Shown: positions 28,167 through 37,408, counted from the stretch's first letter. The stretch: DNA of 64,000 nucleotides from Candidatus Iainarchaeum sp. (GCA_017610175.1 JAFCCO010000001.1:1-64000); one strand, 5' to 3'. Translations and numbers: made by a program. Notes: generated by a model from the letters alone, not told the origin.

Positions 28167-28316
28167 TTAATCATACTTCTTAAAACCAAGTTTTTCAGCA
28201 ATGTCTTTGAAGCATCTTCTGCAGGTCATAAGGCCGTACTTTCTGACTATTGCGTTTTTTGTACCGCATATTCTGCAAACTCTTTTCCTTTTCTCTTCCC
28301 TTATGTCGCGCTTCAT
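28167..28316 (-). CDS. rps14: 30S ribosomal protein S14, zinc type (49 aa; not in ORF track)
   Basis: Manual translation [49 protein letters not shown]; lies between L5 and S8. Confidence 0.96.
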   Translation of the reverse strand: MKRDIREEKRKRVCRICGTKNAIVRKYGLMTCRRCFKDIAEKLGFKKYD

Positions 28317-28831
28317 TCAACAACAACTCCGAACTGGTCTTTCACAAACGCGATTGCGTCTTCCTTTCTAATCATGTGTTTCTTTCCAACTGACTTTTTT
28401 CTGATTTTTCTTTTCTTAACCCTGTAACCGGGTTTTGTAAGTGTTATTACAACGTCAAGACCGCGAATTCCAAGTGTCGGGTCGTACTTGATTCCGGGAA
28501 TATCAATGTATTCGTGTATTCCAAATGCAAAGTTTCCCTGCAAATCAAAGTTTTTCTTCAGGAGCGTGTTGTCTTTTGCTTCAAGTGTTCTTTTAAGCAG
28601 GTCTTTTGCGTCCTGTCCCCTAAGGGTTGTTTTCAATCCGATGGGGAGCCCGGGCCTAATTTCCCACTTGGGCTGTTTGACCTTGCACTTGGTCTGCACG
28701 GCTTTGGTTCCTGTAATCTTTTCCATAATCTTCTGTGCGCGCTTCATTTCGTCGCCGCTCTGCCCGACACCCATGTTTACAGTGACCTTCTCGATTTTGA
28801 TCTGCTTCATTGGATTTATGTTTTCATCCAT
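28313..28831 (-). CDS. rpl5: 50S ribosomal protein L5
   Basis: [37 protein letters not shown]. Confidence 0.97.
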   Translation of the reverse strand: MDENINPMKQIKIEKVTVNMGVGQSGDEMKRAQKIMEKITGTKAVQTKCKVKQPKWEIRPGLPIGLKTTLRGQDAKDLLKRTLEAKDNTLLKKNFDLQGNFAFGIHEYIDIPGIKYDPTLGIRGLDVVITLTKPGYRVKKRKIRKKSVGKKHMIRKEDAIAFVKDQFGVVVE

Positions 28832-28834
28832 TTA

Positions 28835-29557
28835 TTACACCTTTAAGTTAATCTCCGGCTTTTCCTTGCCCACAACGAATACGTTTTTTGCAACGGTTAG
28901 GAAGCTGCTGTCCTTTTCCTCAAGCTCAACAAGCCTGGGCCTTTTCATTGTTCCTTTCACAACTTCTTTGACTTTTGCAAGTTCACTTGCGTGCTCTCCT
29001 GCAACAATGTAAACTGTACTGCCTTTTCCAAGCTTAAGTTCTTTGGTTATTTTTTGTTCAGGCAGTGTTATGAGTATTGAGTCCCCTGGAACAAGGTCTG
29101 TTTTCTTCTCGGAGATTGTCCTTCCATCATTTGTTTCAAGCTGGATTATTCCCTTTTTGCCAGCTCTCTTCCCTGTTATTTTTGAAAGCTTTACTTTTGC
29201 TTCTTTTTCATCTATTTCCTGAAGCTGGAATCTTCCTCTTGAATCAAGGACAAGCCTGTATGCTTTCTTTTGCTCTGGAAGTGAGATGACATCAAACAAT
29301 CCCACTGCAAATTTTGTTGATTTTCTGGAAACGCCGTTTACGAGAACTGCTTTTCTTGCGAGTGCAATCTTTACTTCCCTAAGGTTTACTGCAAGGCCAA
29401 GCTTGTCCCTTATAATCAATCCAAGCGGCATGCTTCCTGCTTTCTTATGCTGGCCTGCTTTTGTATTAAGTATCCATTTGTGCTTCTTTCTCTCGATCTT
29501 TATGACTCGGGGGGCACTAAGCCTTTTCTGGGTCTTGTCTTCACCCTTTCTTGCCAT
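28835..29557 (-). CDS. rps4e: 30S ribosomal protein S4e
   Basis: KRL.AP, PL..IIRD.L, VGLFDVI, DGR, G.H, VFVVG. Confidence 0.96.
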   Translation of the reverse strand: MARKGEDKTQKRLSAPRVIKIERKKHKWILNTKAGQHKKAGSMPLGLIIRDKLGLAVNLREVKIALARKAVLVNGVSRKSTKFAVGLFDVISLPEQKKAYRLVLDSRGRFQLQEIDEKEAKVKLSKITGKRAGKKGIIQLETNDGRTISEKKTDLVPGDSILITLPEQKITKELKLGKGSTVYIVAGEHASELAKVKEVVKGTMKRPRLVELEEKDSSFLTVAKNVFVVGKEKPEINLKV

Positions 29558-30062
29558 CTTTCTTCACCTTCTTGGTTTCCTTTTTTGTTTTTTCAGCCGT
29601 TGGCTTTTCCTTTTTAACTGCTTTTGCCGGTTTCTTTTCGGTCGTTGCTTTTGCTGCGGGCTTTTCTTCTTTCTTTGCCTTTTTTTCTGTTGATGCTTCC
29701 TTCTTTTCAGCCTTTATTCCTTTGCCCGCGCGTCTTGCGTCACTTTTGTCAATGTCTGTAATCATGAGATTTGATGCATGCAGCGGCAGGGCTTTTTCTG
29801 TCCCGTCCGCTTTCTTTATCATAAGCTTTTCGAGGAATACCTGCATTTTCATGTAGTTCACTGATGCGACCTTTGCTTCTGTTCCCTTGTGCTTTCCCCT
29901 CATTACTCTGACTTGGTCTCCCTTTCTTAGCGAGAGTGACCTTTTTCCAAGGCTTTTTCTAAGCGGCTTGCTTAGGGTTGCTGAGATGCTCTTTTGCCTT
30001 TTGTGCATTGGCATCTTGTGGAATGCTCTCCTCTGCTTTTTTGGCTTGCTTGATTCTACCAT
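29541..30062 (-). CDS. rpl24: 50S ribosomal protein L24 with Lys/Glu/Ala tail
   Basis: S.KP.KQR, LS..LR, RKGD.V.VMRG..KG, HASNLMI. Confidence 0.96.
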   Translation of the reverse strand: MVESSKPKKQRRAFHKMPMHKRQKSISATLSKPLRKSLGKRSLSLRKGDQVRVMRGKHKGTEAKVASVNYMKMQVFLEKLMIKKADGTEKALPLHASNLMITDIDKSDARRAGKGIKAEKKEASTEKKAKKEEKPAAKATTEKKPAKAVKKEKPTAEKTKKETKKVKKDGKKG

Positions 30063-30076
30063 TTTAATCAACCTTT

Positions 30077-30475
30077 TTAGATTACTGCGCTTGCAAGGCC
30101 CGCTATCTTTGGCCAGCGCTCTCCTACTTCCTTTGCAACTACTCCCTTTACTTCACTTGCTTTCGGGAGCCCTTTTTCGTCAACGAGCACAACTGCGTTG
30201 TCCTCAAACATTACTCTCATTCCGTCAGGCCTTCTGTACGCCTGTTTTACTCTTACGACTACAGCCCTTTCAACCTTTTTTCTAACGTCAGGCCGGCCTT
30301 TTTTTATGACTACATTAACCATGTCTGCAATTCCTGCTTTTGGAAGCATTCTTTTTCTTCCCTTAAAGCCGATAACCGAGATTATTTCAACCTCTTTTGC
30401 CCCGCTGTTGTCAGTGCAAAAGCACCTGCTTTTCTGCTGCAGGCTTTTGGTTACCTTGCTGCTAATCGCTTTCAT
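30077..30475 (-). CDS. rpl14: 50S ribosomal protein L14
   Basis: DNSGAKE, KKG.P, RRPDG.RV.FEDNAVV. Confidence 0.97.
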   Translation of the reverse strand: MKAISSKVTKSLQQKSRCFCTDNSGAKEVEIISVIGFKGRKRMLPKAGIADMVNVVIKKGRPDVRKKVERAVVVRVKQAYRRPDGMRVMFEDNAVVLVDEKGLPKASEVKGVVAKEVGERWPKIAGLASAVI

Positions 30476-30781
30476 TTACTTTTTCGCCTCTTCCTTTGTC
30501 AAAATTTTTACAACCACAAAATTTTTGGTTTTGCTAAGTTTCCTTGTTTCTCCAACTTCAACCATGTCGCCCTCTTTTGCGTTGATGCATTCGGGGTTGT
30601 GTGCATAAATTCTTGAGCTGCTTTTTTTGTACCTTTCGTACTTTCGAAGGTATCTTACGAGTGTTCTTTCAACCGTAACGGTTTTTGTTGGCTTTGCGCT
30701 TACAACTTTTCCCACAATCACGTTTCCCCTAACTTTGAGTGTTCCGTGTGTAGGGCAGTTTACATCCTTGCATGTGCTCAT
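30476..30781 (-). CDS. rps17: 30S ribosomal protein S17
   Basis: C.D.NCP.HG.L.VRG, KYERY, AHNP, ETR.LSKTK. Confidence 0.97.
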   Translation of the reverse strand: MSTCKDVNCPTHGTLKVRGNVIVGKVVSAKPTKTVTVERTLVRYLRKYERYKKSSSRIYAHNPECINAKEGDMVEVGETRKLSKTKNFVVVKILTKEEAKK

Positions 30782-31077
30782 AGCCTTTTCCTCCAAGCAA
30801 GCTTTATGCGGTCCTCAGGCCTTGCCACAATGTCTTTTCCGTTCATGACAAACCTTTCGTCCCCAAGCTCTACCTCGAAGAGGTTATTGTCTTTGGGAAC
30901 TCTTTTTAACCCGGCCTGGGTTTCCAGCATAATCAAATTTTTTGTTTCGTCCACAATCAATCCCTTCAATCCAATTCCTGATTTTCCTTTTCCTAATTCA
31001 ACCTTTGTTTTTAATCCAATCAATTCATGCCCGTAAATGTTCTCTTTTGTTATCCTGTAATTTTTTCCTTTAAGCAT
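30778..31077 (-). CDS. rnp1: Ribonuclease P protein component 1 (Rpp29)
   Basis: HELIGL, G..VDETKN, VPK, RPEDR. Confidence 0.95.
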   Translation of the reverse strand: MLKGKNYRITKENIYGHELIGLKTKVELGKGKSGIGLKGLIVDETKNLIMLETQAGLKRVPKDNNLFEVELGDERFVMNGKDIVARPEDRIKLAWRKRL

Positions 31078-31372
31078 CAATCAATTCCTCTTTGAATCCT
31101 CTTTTTACCAGGAGTTCCTTCACCTTTTTTCGGTGTTCGCCTTGAAGTGTTATCTCACCGCTTTTTAGCGCACCGCCGCATGCAAGGGTCTTCTTCAAAT
31201 CCTTTAGGATTCCAAGGGGGTCCATGTCGCTTTCCAGTCCGCTTACGAGAGTAACAATTTTTCCAAAACGTCTCCTGTCAACTCTTATCTTAATTTTTTG
31301 CTCTTCCTTTGCAATCTCCTGGCAGACACACATGTCTTTTGGGAGACCACATTTAGGACAAGTTTCCTCCAT
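31070..31372 (-). CDS. sui1: Translation initiation factor SUI1/aIF1
   Basis: CPKCGLP...C.C, RRFGK.VT, LK..LACGG, LQG.H. Confidence 0.96.
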   Translation of the reverse strand: MEETCPKCGLPKDMCVCQEIAKEEQKIKIRVDRRRFGKIVTLVSGLESDMDPLGILKDLKKTLACGGALKSGEITLQGEHRKKVKELLVKRGFKEELIDA

Positions 31373-31382
31373 TTTGTAAGGG

Positions 31383-31607
31383 TCACCTCTTGGCTTTTGC
31401 CTTCTCCTTTGTTTGTTTTTTGTTCTTTTCGTTGATAACTGTTAAAATTTTTGCTATTGATTTTTTGACACTGTTAATTTTTCCCGGGTTTTCAGGGCGT
31501 GTTCCGCCTGCCACAAGGGCTTTTTCTTTTGCAAGCTCTGCCTTTAGCTCTACAACCTTTTCCTTGGCTGCTTCAACATCCATTGCCCTAATTTCCGCAA
31601 TCTTCAT
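31383..31607 (-). CDS. rpl29: 50S ribosomal protein L29
   Basis: EIR.M, ENPGKI, IA.ILT. Confidence 0.94.
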   Translation of the reverse strand: MKIAEIRAMDVEAAKEKVVELKAELAKEKALVAGGTRPENPGKINSVKKSIAKILTVINEKNKKQTKEKAKAKR

Positions 31608-31618
31608 TTAGAAAACCC

Positions 31619-32617
31619 CTACTTTTTCTCCTCTGTTTTCTTTTCTTCTTTCACTGTTTTTTCTTTTTTCTCGGTTTTTGCCTCTTTCTTCTCTTCTTTT
31701 GCTTCGGGTTTGGCAACTTCTTTTTTTTCTTCAGCCTTTTTCCCTTCCTTGGTTTCGGCTTTCTTTTCCTTCACAGGCTTTTCTTCTTTCTTTTCCTTTT
31801 TCTCAGCCTTCTCGTCCTTTGGCTTTTCCTTCTTATCCTCTGCCTTCTTCTCTTCCTTCACTGCCTTTTCTTTCTTCTCGGCTTTTGGCTTTTCTTCTTT
31901 GGCATTGGTTTCTTCCTTTTTTTCCTCTTTTGCCTCGGGCTTTGTTTCCTCGGTTGCTTCTGCCTTTGCTTCCTCAGCCAGCTTCTCCGCTTCCTCGGTT
32001 TCAACTGTGAGTGATGCGTTTATAATTTCCTCAATGTTAATCTTGTCCGGGAAGACCACGCCTGGCCTGATAATCCTAAGTTTTATTCCGATTGCTCCCG
32101 CCTTCGGATATGCGCTTGCCTTTGCGTAGTCAACGAGCTCGGTCTGGTTTCCGACCTTTTTCATGTAGCCCTCTGCGATTCTCTGCTTTCTTTTTCTTCC
32201 GCCTTTTCCTGCAAGCTTTCCTTTGAGCACGAGCTCAGCCCCCTGTGCCCCTGCGTCCATAATGTCCTTAACTGTTCTGAATGCAACGCTTCTCCAGCTA
32301 AATCCCCTTTCAAGCAGTGCAGCCATCTTGTTCACGATTGCTGTTGCGTTGAGTGAAGCGTGCGGCACTTCCTGAATTTCAAGCTGTGGGTTGTCTATTC
32401 CGAATTTTTTGCCAATTGTTTCTGTTAATTGCCTGATGTTCTGCCCCTCTTTTCCGATTGCAAGGCCCGGGCGCGCAACGTTGAGCACAATTCTTGTCAC
32501 CAGCGGGGTTTTGACTATTGCAAGGTCTGTGAATCCTGCCCTTTCAAGCTCTTTTTTGAGATAGTTCTCGAGCTCAACTTTTCTTATGCCCTGTTTTATG
32601 AAAAATCTTTCAATCAT
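31619..32617 (-). CDS. rps3: 30S ribosomal protein S3 with roughly 130-aa Lys/Glu tail
   Basis: L.RAG, TPL.TRI, RPGL.IG, LERG, AGAQG.E, G..GIK..I, PD. Confidence 0.96.
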   Translation of the reverse strand: MIERFFIKQGIRKVELENYLKKELERAGFTDLAIVKTPLVTRIVLNVARPGLAIGKEGQNIRQLTETIGKKFGIDNPQLEIQEVPHASLNATAIVNKMAALLERGFSWRSVAFRTVKDIMDAGAQGAELVLKGKLAGKGGRKRKQRIAEGYMKKVGNQTELVDYAKASAYPKAGAIGIKLRIIRPGVVFPDKINIEEIINASLTVETEEAEKLAEEAKAEATEETKPEAKEEKKEETNAKEEKPKAEKKEKAVKEEKKAEDKKEKPKDEKAEKKEKKEEKPVKEKKAETKEGKKAEEKKEVAKPEAKEEKKEAKTEKKEKTVKEEKKTEEKK

Positions 32618-33081
32618 TTTACTTCCCTCACAATGACCTCAATGTGTGTGGCCTTTCTCTTCCTTCTTTTTCCGGCAATTCTTCCCTTTGGCTGGAAACT
32701 GTATCTGGAAAAGCCCTGTGATGCAAACGTATGCACAATAAGCAGCTTTTCTGTGTCAAGCCCCTTAAAGTCTGCGTTTGATTTTACGCTTTCCAAAAGA
32801 CTGATGAATGCTGTGCACGGCTTTTTAGGGTATCTTCCCGATTTTACGCCGCTTTTGCTTTCTCCTTTTCGGTGTGCAACTTTTCTGTTGAACTTTTTCA
32901 ATGGCAGGAAATCCTCGTGCGCGAGAACTCTTTCAAGGAAGGCTTCTGCTTTGTTAAGCGGCTTTCCCCTGATTTCGCGGCAGATTTCCGTTGCATACTT
33001 TAGCGAGATATTGCTGTTTGCTGTAAAAGCCCTTGCTGTGCTTTCTCCTGCAATTTCCGCCTGGTATGTTTTTTTCACCAT
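32614..33081 (-). CDS. rpl22: 50S ribosomal protein L22
   Basis: IS.K...EICR, HRKG, GRYPKK, NA..KGLD, THIE. Confidence 0.96.
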   Translation of the reverse strand: MVKKTYQAEIAGESTARAFTANSNISLKYATEICREIRGKPLNKAEAFLERVLAHEDFLPLKKFNRKVAHRKGESKSGVKSGRYPKKPCTAFISLLESVKSNADFKGLDTEKLLIVHTFASQGFSRYSFQPKGRIAGKRRKRKATHIEVIVREVK

Positions 33082-33085
33082 TTTA

Positions 33086-33490
33086 TCATCCTCTTGCTGT
33101 TATTGCTGTGCTGCTCTTTGTTGCGCCAATTCCTGCCTTTCCGTGCGAGAGCTTCTTCCTTGTAAGGGCCATTTCCCCAAGGTAGTGTCCGAGCATTTGT
33201 GGCATAATTTCAACGTTTTCAAAGCTGTGCCCGTTGTAAACAGCAAACTTCAATCCAATCATTGCTGGAATTATAACTGTGTCCCTTTTGTGTGTCCTAA
33301 TTGCTTTTGGCGGCTTCTCATTGCCAAGCTGTGCTCTTGATGCCTCAATTTTCTTCAGGAACTTTTTGTCAAAGCCCCTTTCAAGGCTTCTTCTTGCCCT
33401 TGCGTTTGCAAGTGCTGCAAATGCCTTGAGGTCCATTTGCTGCAGTTCCTCAATTGACTTTCCCATGAATGCGAATTCTTTTTTTGCCAT
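33086..33490 (-). CDS. rps19: 30S ribosomal protein S19
   Basis: R.RRSL.RG, IRTH.RD, YNG, GHYLGE, G.GAT.SS. Confidence 0.97.
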   Translation of the reverse strand: MAKKEFAFMGKSIEELQQMDLKAFAALANARARRSLERGFDKKFLKKIEASRAQLGNEKPPKAIRTHKRDTVIIPAMIGLKFAVYNGHSFENVEIMPQMLGHYLGEMALTRKKLSHGKAGIGATKSSTAITARG

Positions 33491-33499
33491 CAAACCACC

Positions 33500-34219
33500 T
33501 TACTTCTTTCTCCTTCCTGTTCTCCTTGATGCAATGTTTCCGACCTTTCTTCCCGGGTGTGCGTGCCTGCTTGTGCTCTTGCTTTTTCCTGCGTGATGCT
33601 GGCTTCCACCGAACGGGTGTGATCCTGCGTTCATTGCCACCCCCCTGTTGGTTGGGTATGGCCTTGACTTTGACTTCATCTGTCTCCATTTGTTTCCTGC
33701 TTTTACGAATGGCTTTTCTGTTCTGCCTCCGCCTGAAACACAGCCAATTGTTGCCCTTGCCCTAAGGTCAATTGGTTTTGTTTTTCCGCTTGGCATTTTT
33801 AAGTAAGCGCTTTTTGCGTCCTTTGTTGTGAGCAAAGCGTAAATTCCGCTTCCCCTTACAAAGCTTCCGCCGTCTCCTGGGATTTTTTCAACGTTGAAAA
33901 TCGGGCATCCCTCCGGGATGTTTGCAAGCGGGAGTGTGTTTCCGATTGCAATTGCTGCATCTTTTCCGTAGGTAATTTCCTGCCCAATCTTAATCCCTTC
34001 TGCCGCAACAACGTATTCTGAAGCGTTGTTTTCAAACAAAATTTCGGCTATAATTGTGTTTCTTCCGTTTTCCTTAATCAAGTTTACAACCTGGCCTTTT
34101 AGCGCTGCATTTTTCTGCAGGTCATCGTAACTAATGTAGTTTGAGTCAATCCCTTTTGCTTTGGCCCTGAAAGTGCTTCCGCCCTTTCCGCGTCTTTGGT
34201 GTTTTAGTCTGTCACCCAT
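33500..34219 (-). CDS. rpl2: 50S ribosomal protein L2
   Basis: QRRGKG, PEG, PGDGG, PSG, KPFVKAG, RGVAMN..HPFGG, PGRKVG. Confidence 0.97.
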   Translation of the reverse strand: MGDRLKHQRRGKGGSTFRAKAKGIDSNYISYDDLQKNAALKGQVVNLIKENGRNTIIAEILFENNASEYVVAAEGIKIGQEITYGKDAAIAIGNTLPLANIPEGCPIFNVEKIPGDGGSFVRGSGIYALLTTKDAKSAYLKMPSGKTKPIDLRARATIGCVSGGGRTEKPFVKAGNKWRQMKSKSRPYPTNRGVAMNAGSHPFGGSQHHAGKSKSTSRHAHPGRKVGNIASRRTGRRKK

Positions 34220-34494
34220 TACAATACACCCAGTTTTGTTGCCAGTTCGTCTGCCTTAAACTTTTTGTTAATCTTTACAATTGCTTTCTTTCGTCCCTTT
34301 CTGTCGTTTAGGACCTGTATTCGGTCAACCTTTATTTCATAATTTTTTTCAACAGCGGCCTTAATATTGTCCTTGTTTGCCTTTGGGTTTACAATAAAGC
34401 ACATCTTGTTGTCTGATTCAATCATTCCGATTGCCTTTTCTGTAATCAATGGGTATAATACCACTTCATATGTTTCAAGCTTTTTCTGATTCAT
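34219..34494 (-). CDS. rpl23: 50S ribosomal protein L23
   Basis: P..TEKA, N...F.V, KKA.V. Confidence 0.95.
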   Translation of the reverse strand: MNQKKLETYEVVLYPLITEKAIGMIESDNKMCFIVNPKANKDNIKAAVEKNYEIKVDRIQVLNDRKGRKKAIVKINKKFKADELATKLGVL

Positions 34495-35294
34495 GCCTTT
34501 TCACCAAAGTATTTTATTGCGTCCTCGGTCCAAACAACAAGCCTTCCTGGAACGCAGCCTGGTGCAAGAAGCTCTGTGTTCAGGCTTACTGCTGTGCTTA
34601 TGTCGACTCCTGGAATGTTTCTTGCCGCTTTGTAAATTTTTGAATTTTCTTTTGTAACTATGAGCACGCTTTTCTTCTGCTTTTTTGTTCTGCCCCTCTG
34701 CTTTCCCTTTCCGCTTCTTGGCCTGCATTTGTTTCTTGCGTTTTCAATGTCTGCTCCAAGGTTGAGTGCGTCAAGGACCTTGAGAATTTCCTTTGTTTTT
34801 GCAATTTCCTCGAATTTGTCCTCTACAACTATTGGAAGCTTTATTTTTCCGTCAACAACATGCCTTGCTTCCACAAGTGCCATGTTTGTGCTTGCCCCTA
34901 TTGCGCTGATTAATGCCTTCTTCTTTTCCTTTTTGTTAATCTCTTCTGCAATTATCTTCTCAGCCTTTGGAGGGTGTGCTCTTGCGCCTCCAACGGCCTG
35001 CGGGACACGCCCCACTCTCCCGTAAAGCAAGTGCTTTCTGTTCTTGAATCTTGGAAGCCTTGCTTTTCCAACGTTAATTGTTCTTTCAGAGCGGATTTTG
35101 TGCCTGTTTGACACTGCGACTGCCGTGTTGTCGCGCCCTGCCCTTGGGTTTGTTCCCTTTGGCTGCTTTTGCTTGCTCTGGCTGCTTAGAACAGCTCTTT
35201 TAATCAGTTCCTTGTTGAGGCTTGCTTCAAAGGCTTTTGGAAGCTCTATCTCTTTCTTTGCCTTGCCGTCTATTGTGTATACTGTGGCCTTCAT
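34491..35294 (-). CDS. rpl4: 50S ribosomal protein L4
   Basis: LP..F, VP..VGG.RAHPPK, GKGK.RGR, NIPGVD, LAPG..PGRL..WT. Confidence 0.97.
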   Translation of the reverse strand: MKATVYTIDGKAKKEIELPKAFEASLNKELIKRAVLSSQSKQKQPKGTNPRAGRDNTAVAVSNRHKIRSERTINVGKARLPRFKNRKHLLYGRVGRVPQAVGGARAHPPKAEKIIAEEINKKEKKKALISAIGASTNMALVEARHVVDGKIKLPIVVEDKFEEIAKTKEILKVLDALNLGADIENARNKCRPRSGKGKQRGRTKKQKKSVLIVTKENSKIYKAARNIPGVDISTAVSLNTELLAPGCVPGRLVVWTEDAIKYFGEKA

Positions 35295-36445
35295 TTCTTT
35301 TCACCCTTTACTGCCTCTGCAATCTCGTCAGCAACGCTTTTGGTTTCCTTTTTCTTTTCCTTTTCAAGCGTAACTTTTGAGGTTACCTTTTCCTCTAATC
35401 CAACAACCTGGCCCTTTACAGGCTTGGTTGCAATAAAGTCAATTCCTTCAATTTTGTGCTTTTCCCTTGAGATTTTCCTAATGTTCTTTCTCAATGCAAT
35501 TACCCTTTTTGCAGGACCTGGAACGCTTCCGCCAATTATTACATAGCTGTTCTTGACTGTTCCGTATTTTTTAAAGCCTTCTGCCGGATTGATTTCTTCC
35601 GGCTTGTCGCTGATTTTGATAATCTTTTTGTTGAGCTCTGTCCTGTTGTGGTATCCCATCTGCCCTGGCCTTGGAACCGTCCACATTACGGTGCTTGGGT
35701 TCCACGGGCCGATGCTTCCAACAACCCTTCTTTTCTTTGCTTTAGGGCGGTGGATTTTTACTCCAAACCTTTTTACAACACCCTGCATTCCCTTTCCTTT
35801 TGTGACACCCTTAACATCTATAAATTCAAATTCTTCGAAAACGTCTGTTACTGCGATATCGTTTCCAAGAAGTTCTTTTGCAGAAGCAAGTTGCTGTTCT
35901 GCGTTTCCTGAGAGCGCAATTTCGCTTACATCAGGGGTCTTTTTTGGCAGGCCTGCAAGTGCCGGCTGTGAGTGTGCAAGCAGTACAACGTAGGAGAGTT
36001 GGTCTTTAATAGCGTCAATGTCTTCAAAGCTCTTGGCTTTCTTTTCCTTTTTCTCTTTCTTTCCAACTTTCTTCTTAAAATTAGGCATTTTTCTAAGCAG
36101 GGCTTTTTCCTGCTTTTCCGCGTAAACGTCAATTGCTGCTGCGGTTCCGTATGCTTTCTCTGATTTTGTGTAGGCCCTTACCCCAAATATTTTCATTGGG
36201 GGAACCTCAACAACTGTTACAGGGATGTTAATGTCCTGCCCGAAAGTAACTCCTTTTTCGTGTGAGTTCTTTCCAATAATGTGGGTCATTCCAACTTTGT
36301 AACCCAAGAAATTAGCCGGCTTTGATTTTGTGCCGTCTTCAACAGTTTCGCTTTTAATTGAGCTAAAGCTAGGCCTTTCTCTCGCTGCCTTTTTGCGTGG
36401 GTAATACCCAAGGCTTCCCGCTCTTGGCTTGTGCTTTTTGGCCAT
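35291..36445 (-). CDS. rpl3: 50S ribosomal protein L3
   Basis: PR.GSL...PRK, GYKVGMTH, TKGKG.QG.VKRFG, GQMGYH.RTE.NK, GSVPGP. Confidence 0.97.
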   Translation of the reverse strand: MAKKHKPRAGSLGYYPRKKAARERPSFSSIKSETVEDGTKSKPANFLGYKVGMTHIIGKNSHEKGVTFGQDINIPVTVVEVPPMKIFGVRAYTKSEKAYGTAAAIDVYAEKQEKALLRKMPNFKKKVGKKEKKEKKAKSFEDIDAIKDQLSYVVLLAHSQPALAGLPKKTPDVSEIALSGNAEQQLASAKELLGNDIAVTDVFEEFEFIDVKGVTKGKGMQGVVKRFGVKIHRPKAKKRRVVGSIGPWNPSTVMWTVPRPGQMGYHNRTELNKKIIKISDKPEEINPAEGFKKYGTVKNSYVIIGGSVPGPAKRVIALRKNIRKISREKHKIEGIDFIATKPVKGQVVGLEEKVTSKVTLEKEKKKETKSVADEIAEAVKGEKK

Positions 36446-36463
36446 TGACTCACCTAATGCTAA

Positions 36464-36576
36464 ATTGCTTTATACCCTACGGAAACACCAGTGTAGGGCA
36501 AAAATAGCCAACGAGGATAAAAATCGCTTATTGGCATTTACATCCATGCCGGTTCGGCGCAAATGCAGTGTGCAAT
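36464..36576 (-). promoter_or_regulatory. Structured 5' leader of the L3 operon (candidate r-leader)
   Basis: Three hairpins enclosed by ATTGC/GCAAT, lying between TATA-like TTTAAA (36601-36606) and the AGGTGA SD. Confidence 0.5.
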
Positions 36577-36612
36577 ATTACTATCTACCATCTGGAAAGC
36601 TTTAAAAAGGAA

Positions 36613-37068
36613 TCATTGGCGGCGTTTCCTGCGTTTTGAAAGCTCCCTATCGATTCCGCCGAGCTTCTTTCTCATCGGGATATCGTTGATGCTTTTTCCA
36701 AGTGCTTCCGCAGATTCATACTGTGGTTTTAGCCCTTCTGGGCCACGCCTGTCCTCTAAACCTGCTCTTCTTTCCCCTTTGCGCCTGTCTGTAAAGCAAA
36801 CTATTCCTTTATCTGTTTCAAGGTAATTGCTTATTTTTCTCTTGTCAATTTTTCCGTCTTTATATTGGACATGATAACAGCCGGCCTTTTCGTTCCAGGT
36901 AATTCTTGCGTCCTTTGGGGCAATCCACTCCGCTCTCCTGTCTTTCGAAGAAGCCCTTCTCTGGCTTTGGCGCCTTGCGGTTCCCGCTCTTCTGTCCTCA
37001 ATTCGCCTCACTTCAACAGGGGGGTGGGCGGTTTTGTCGATTATTTTGATTATGCGTTTTTTGGGCAT
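36613..37068 (-). CDS. Hypothetical Arg-rich protein with repeated (D/E)RR motifs
   Basis: 151-aa ORF; TTTAAA about 26 nt upstream of the ATG (leaderless). Confidence 0.7.
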   Translation of the reverse strand: MPKKRIIKIIDKTAHPPVEVRRIEDRRAGTARRQSQRRASSKDRRAEWIAPKDARITWNEKAGCYHVQYKDGKIDKRKISNYLETDKGIVCFTDRRKGERRAGLEDRRGPEGLKPQYESAEALGKSINDIPMRKKLGGIDRELSKRRKRRQ

Positions 37069-37151
37069 GCTATTTAATTAGAGTTTTTGAAGTTTAAAAA
37101 TGCAGTATAGGGTGGACTTTTATGGGTGTTTTAGGGGGGTCTTTAGAATTG

Positions 37152-37186
37152 GAAAAAAAGAAATTGTCGGGGCTTTCGCCCCTTTT
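37152..37186 (-). terminator. GC hairpin followed by a U-rich tract
   Basis: GGGGC-GAAA-GCCCC then ACAATTTCTTTTTTT, downstream of the 37205..37408 gene. Confidence 0.65.
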
Positions 37187-37204
37187 GTTTAACGGTTTTC
37201 TTCC

Positions 37205-37408
37205 TTATTTGAAGAAGTTGACTATTGAGTCAAAGCCGTTGCTCAGCATTTGCATTGGCTGTCTGTAGAAAGCAACTGGCTTTCTTGCTGAAACTCTTGC
37301 ATCAGCTCTTGCTCTGGCCTTAGGCTTTGCCCTGACTGTCTTTTTAGCCCTGACTCTGGTCGCAGGCTTTACCTTTACCCTGCCTTTCACTGTTTTCTTT
37401 GCTGCCAT
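37205..37408 (-). CDS. Small Lys/Arg/Ala-rich protein (histone H1-like composition)
   Basis: MAAKKTVKGRVKVKPATRVRAKKTVRAKPKARARA...; GAGGTGA SD; own terminator. Confidence 0.75.
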   Translation of the reverse strand: MAAKKTVKGRVKVKPATRVRAKKTVRAKPKARARADARVSARKPVAFYRQPMQMLSNGFDSIVNFFK

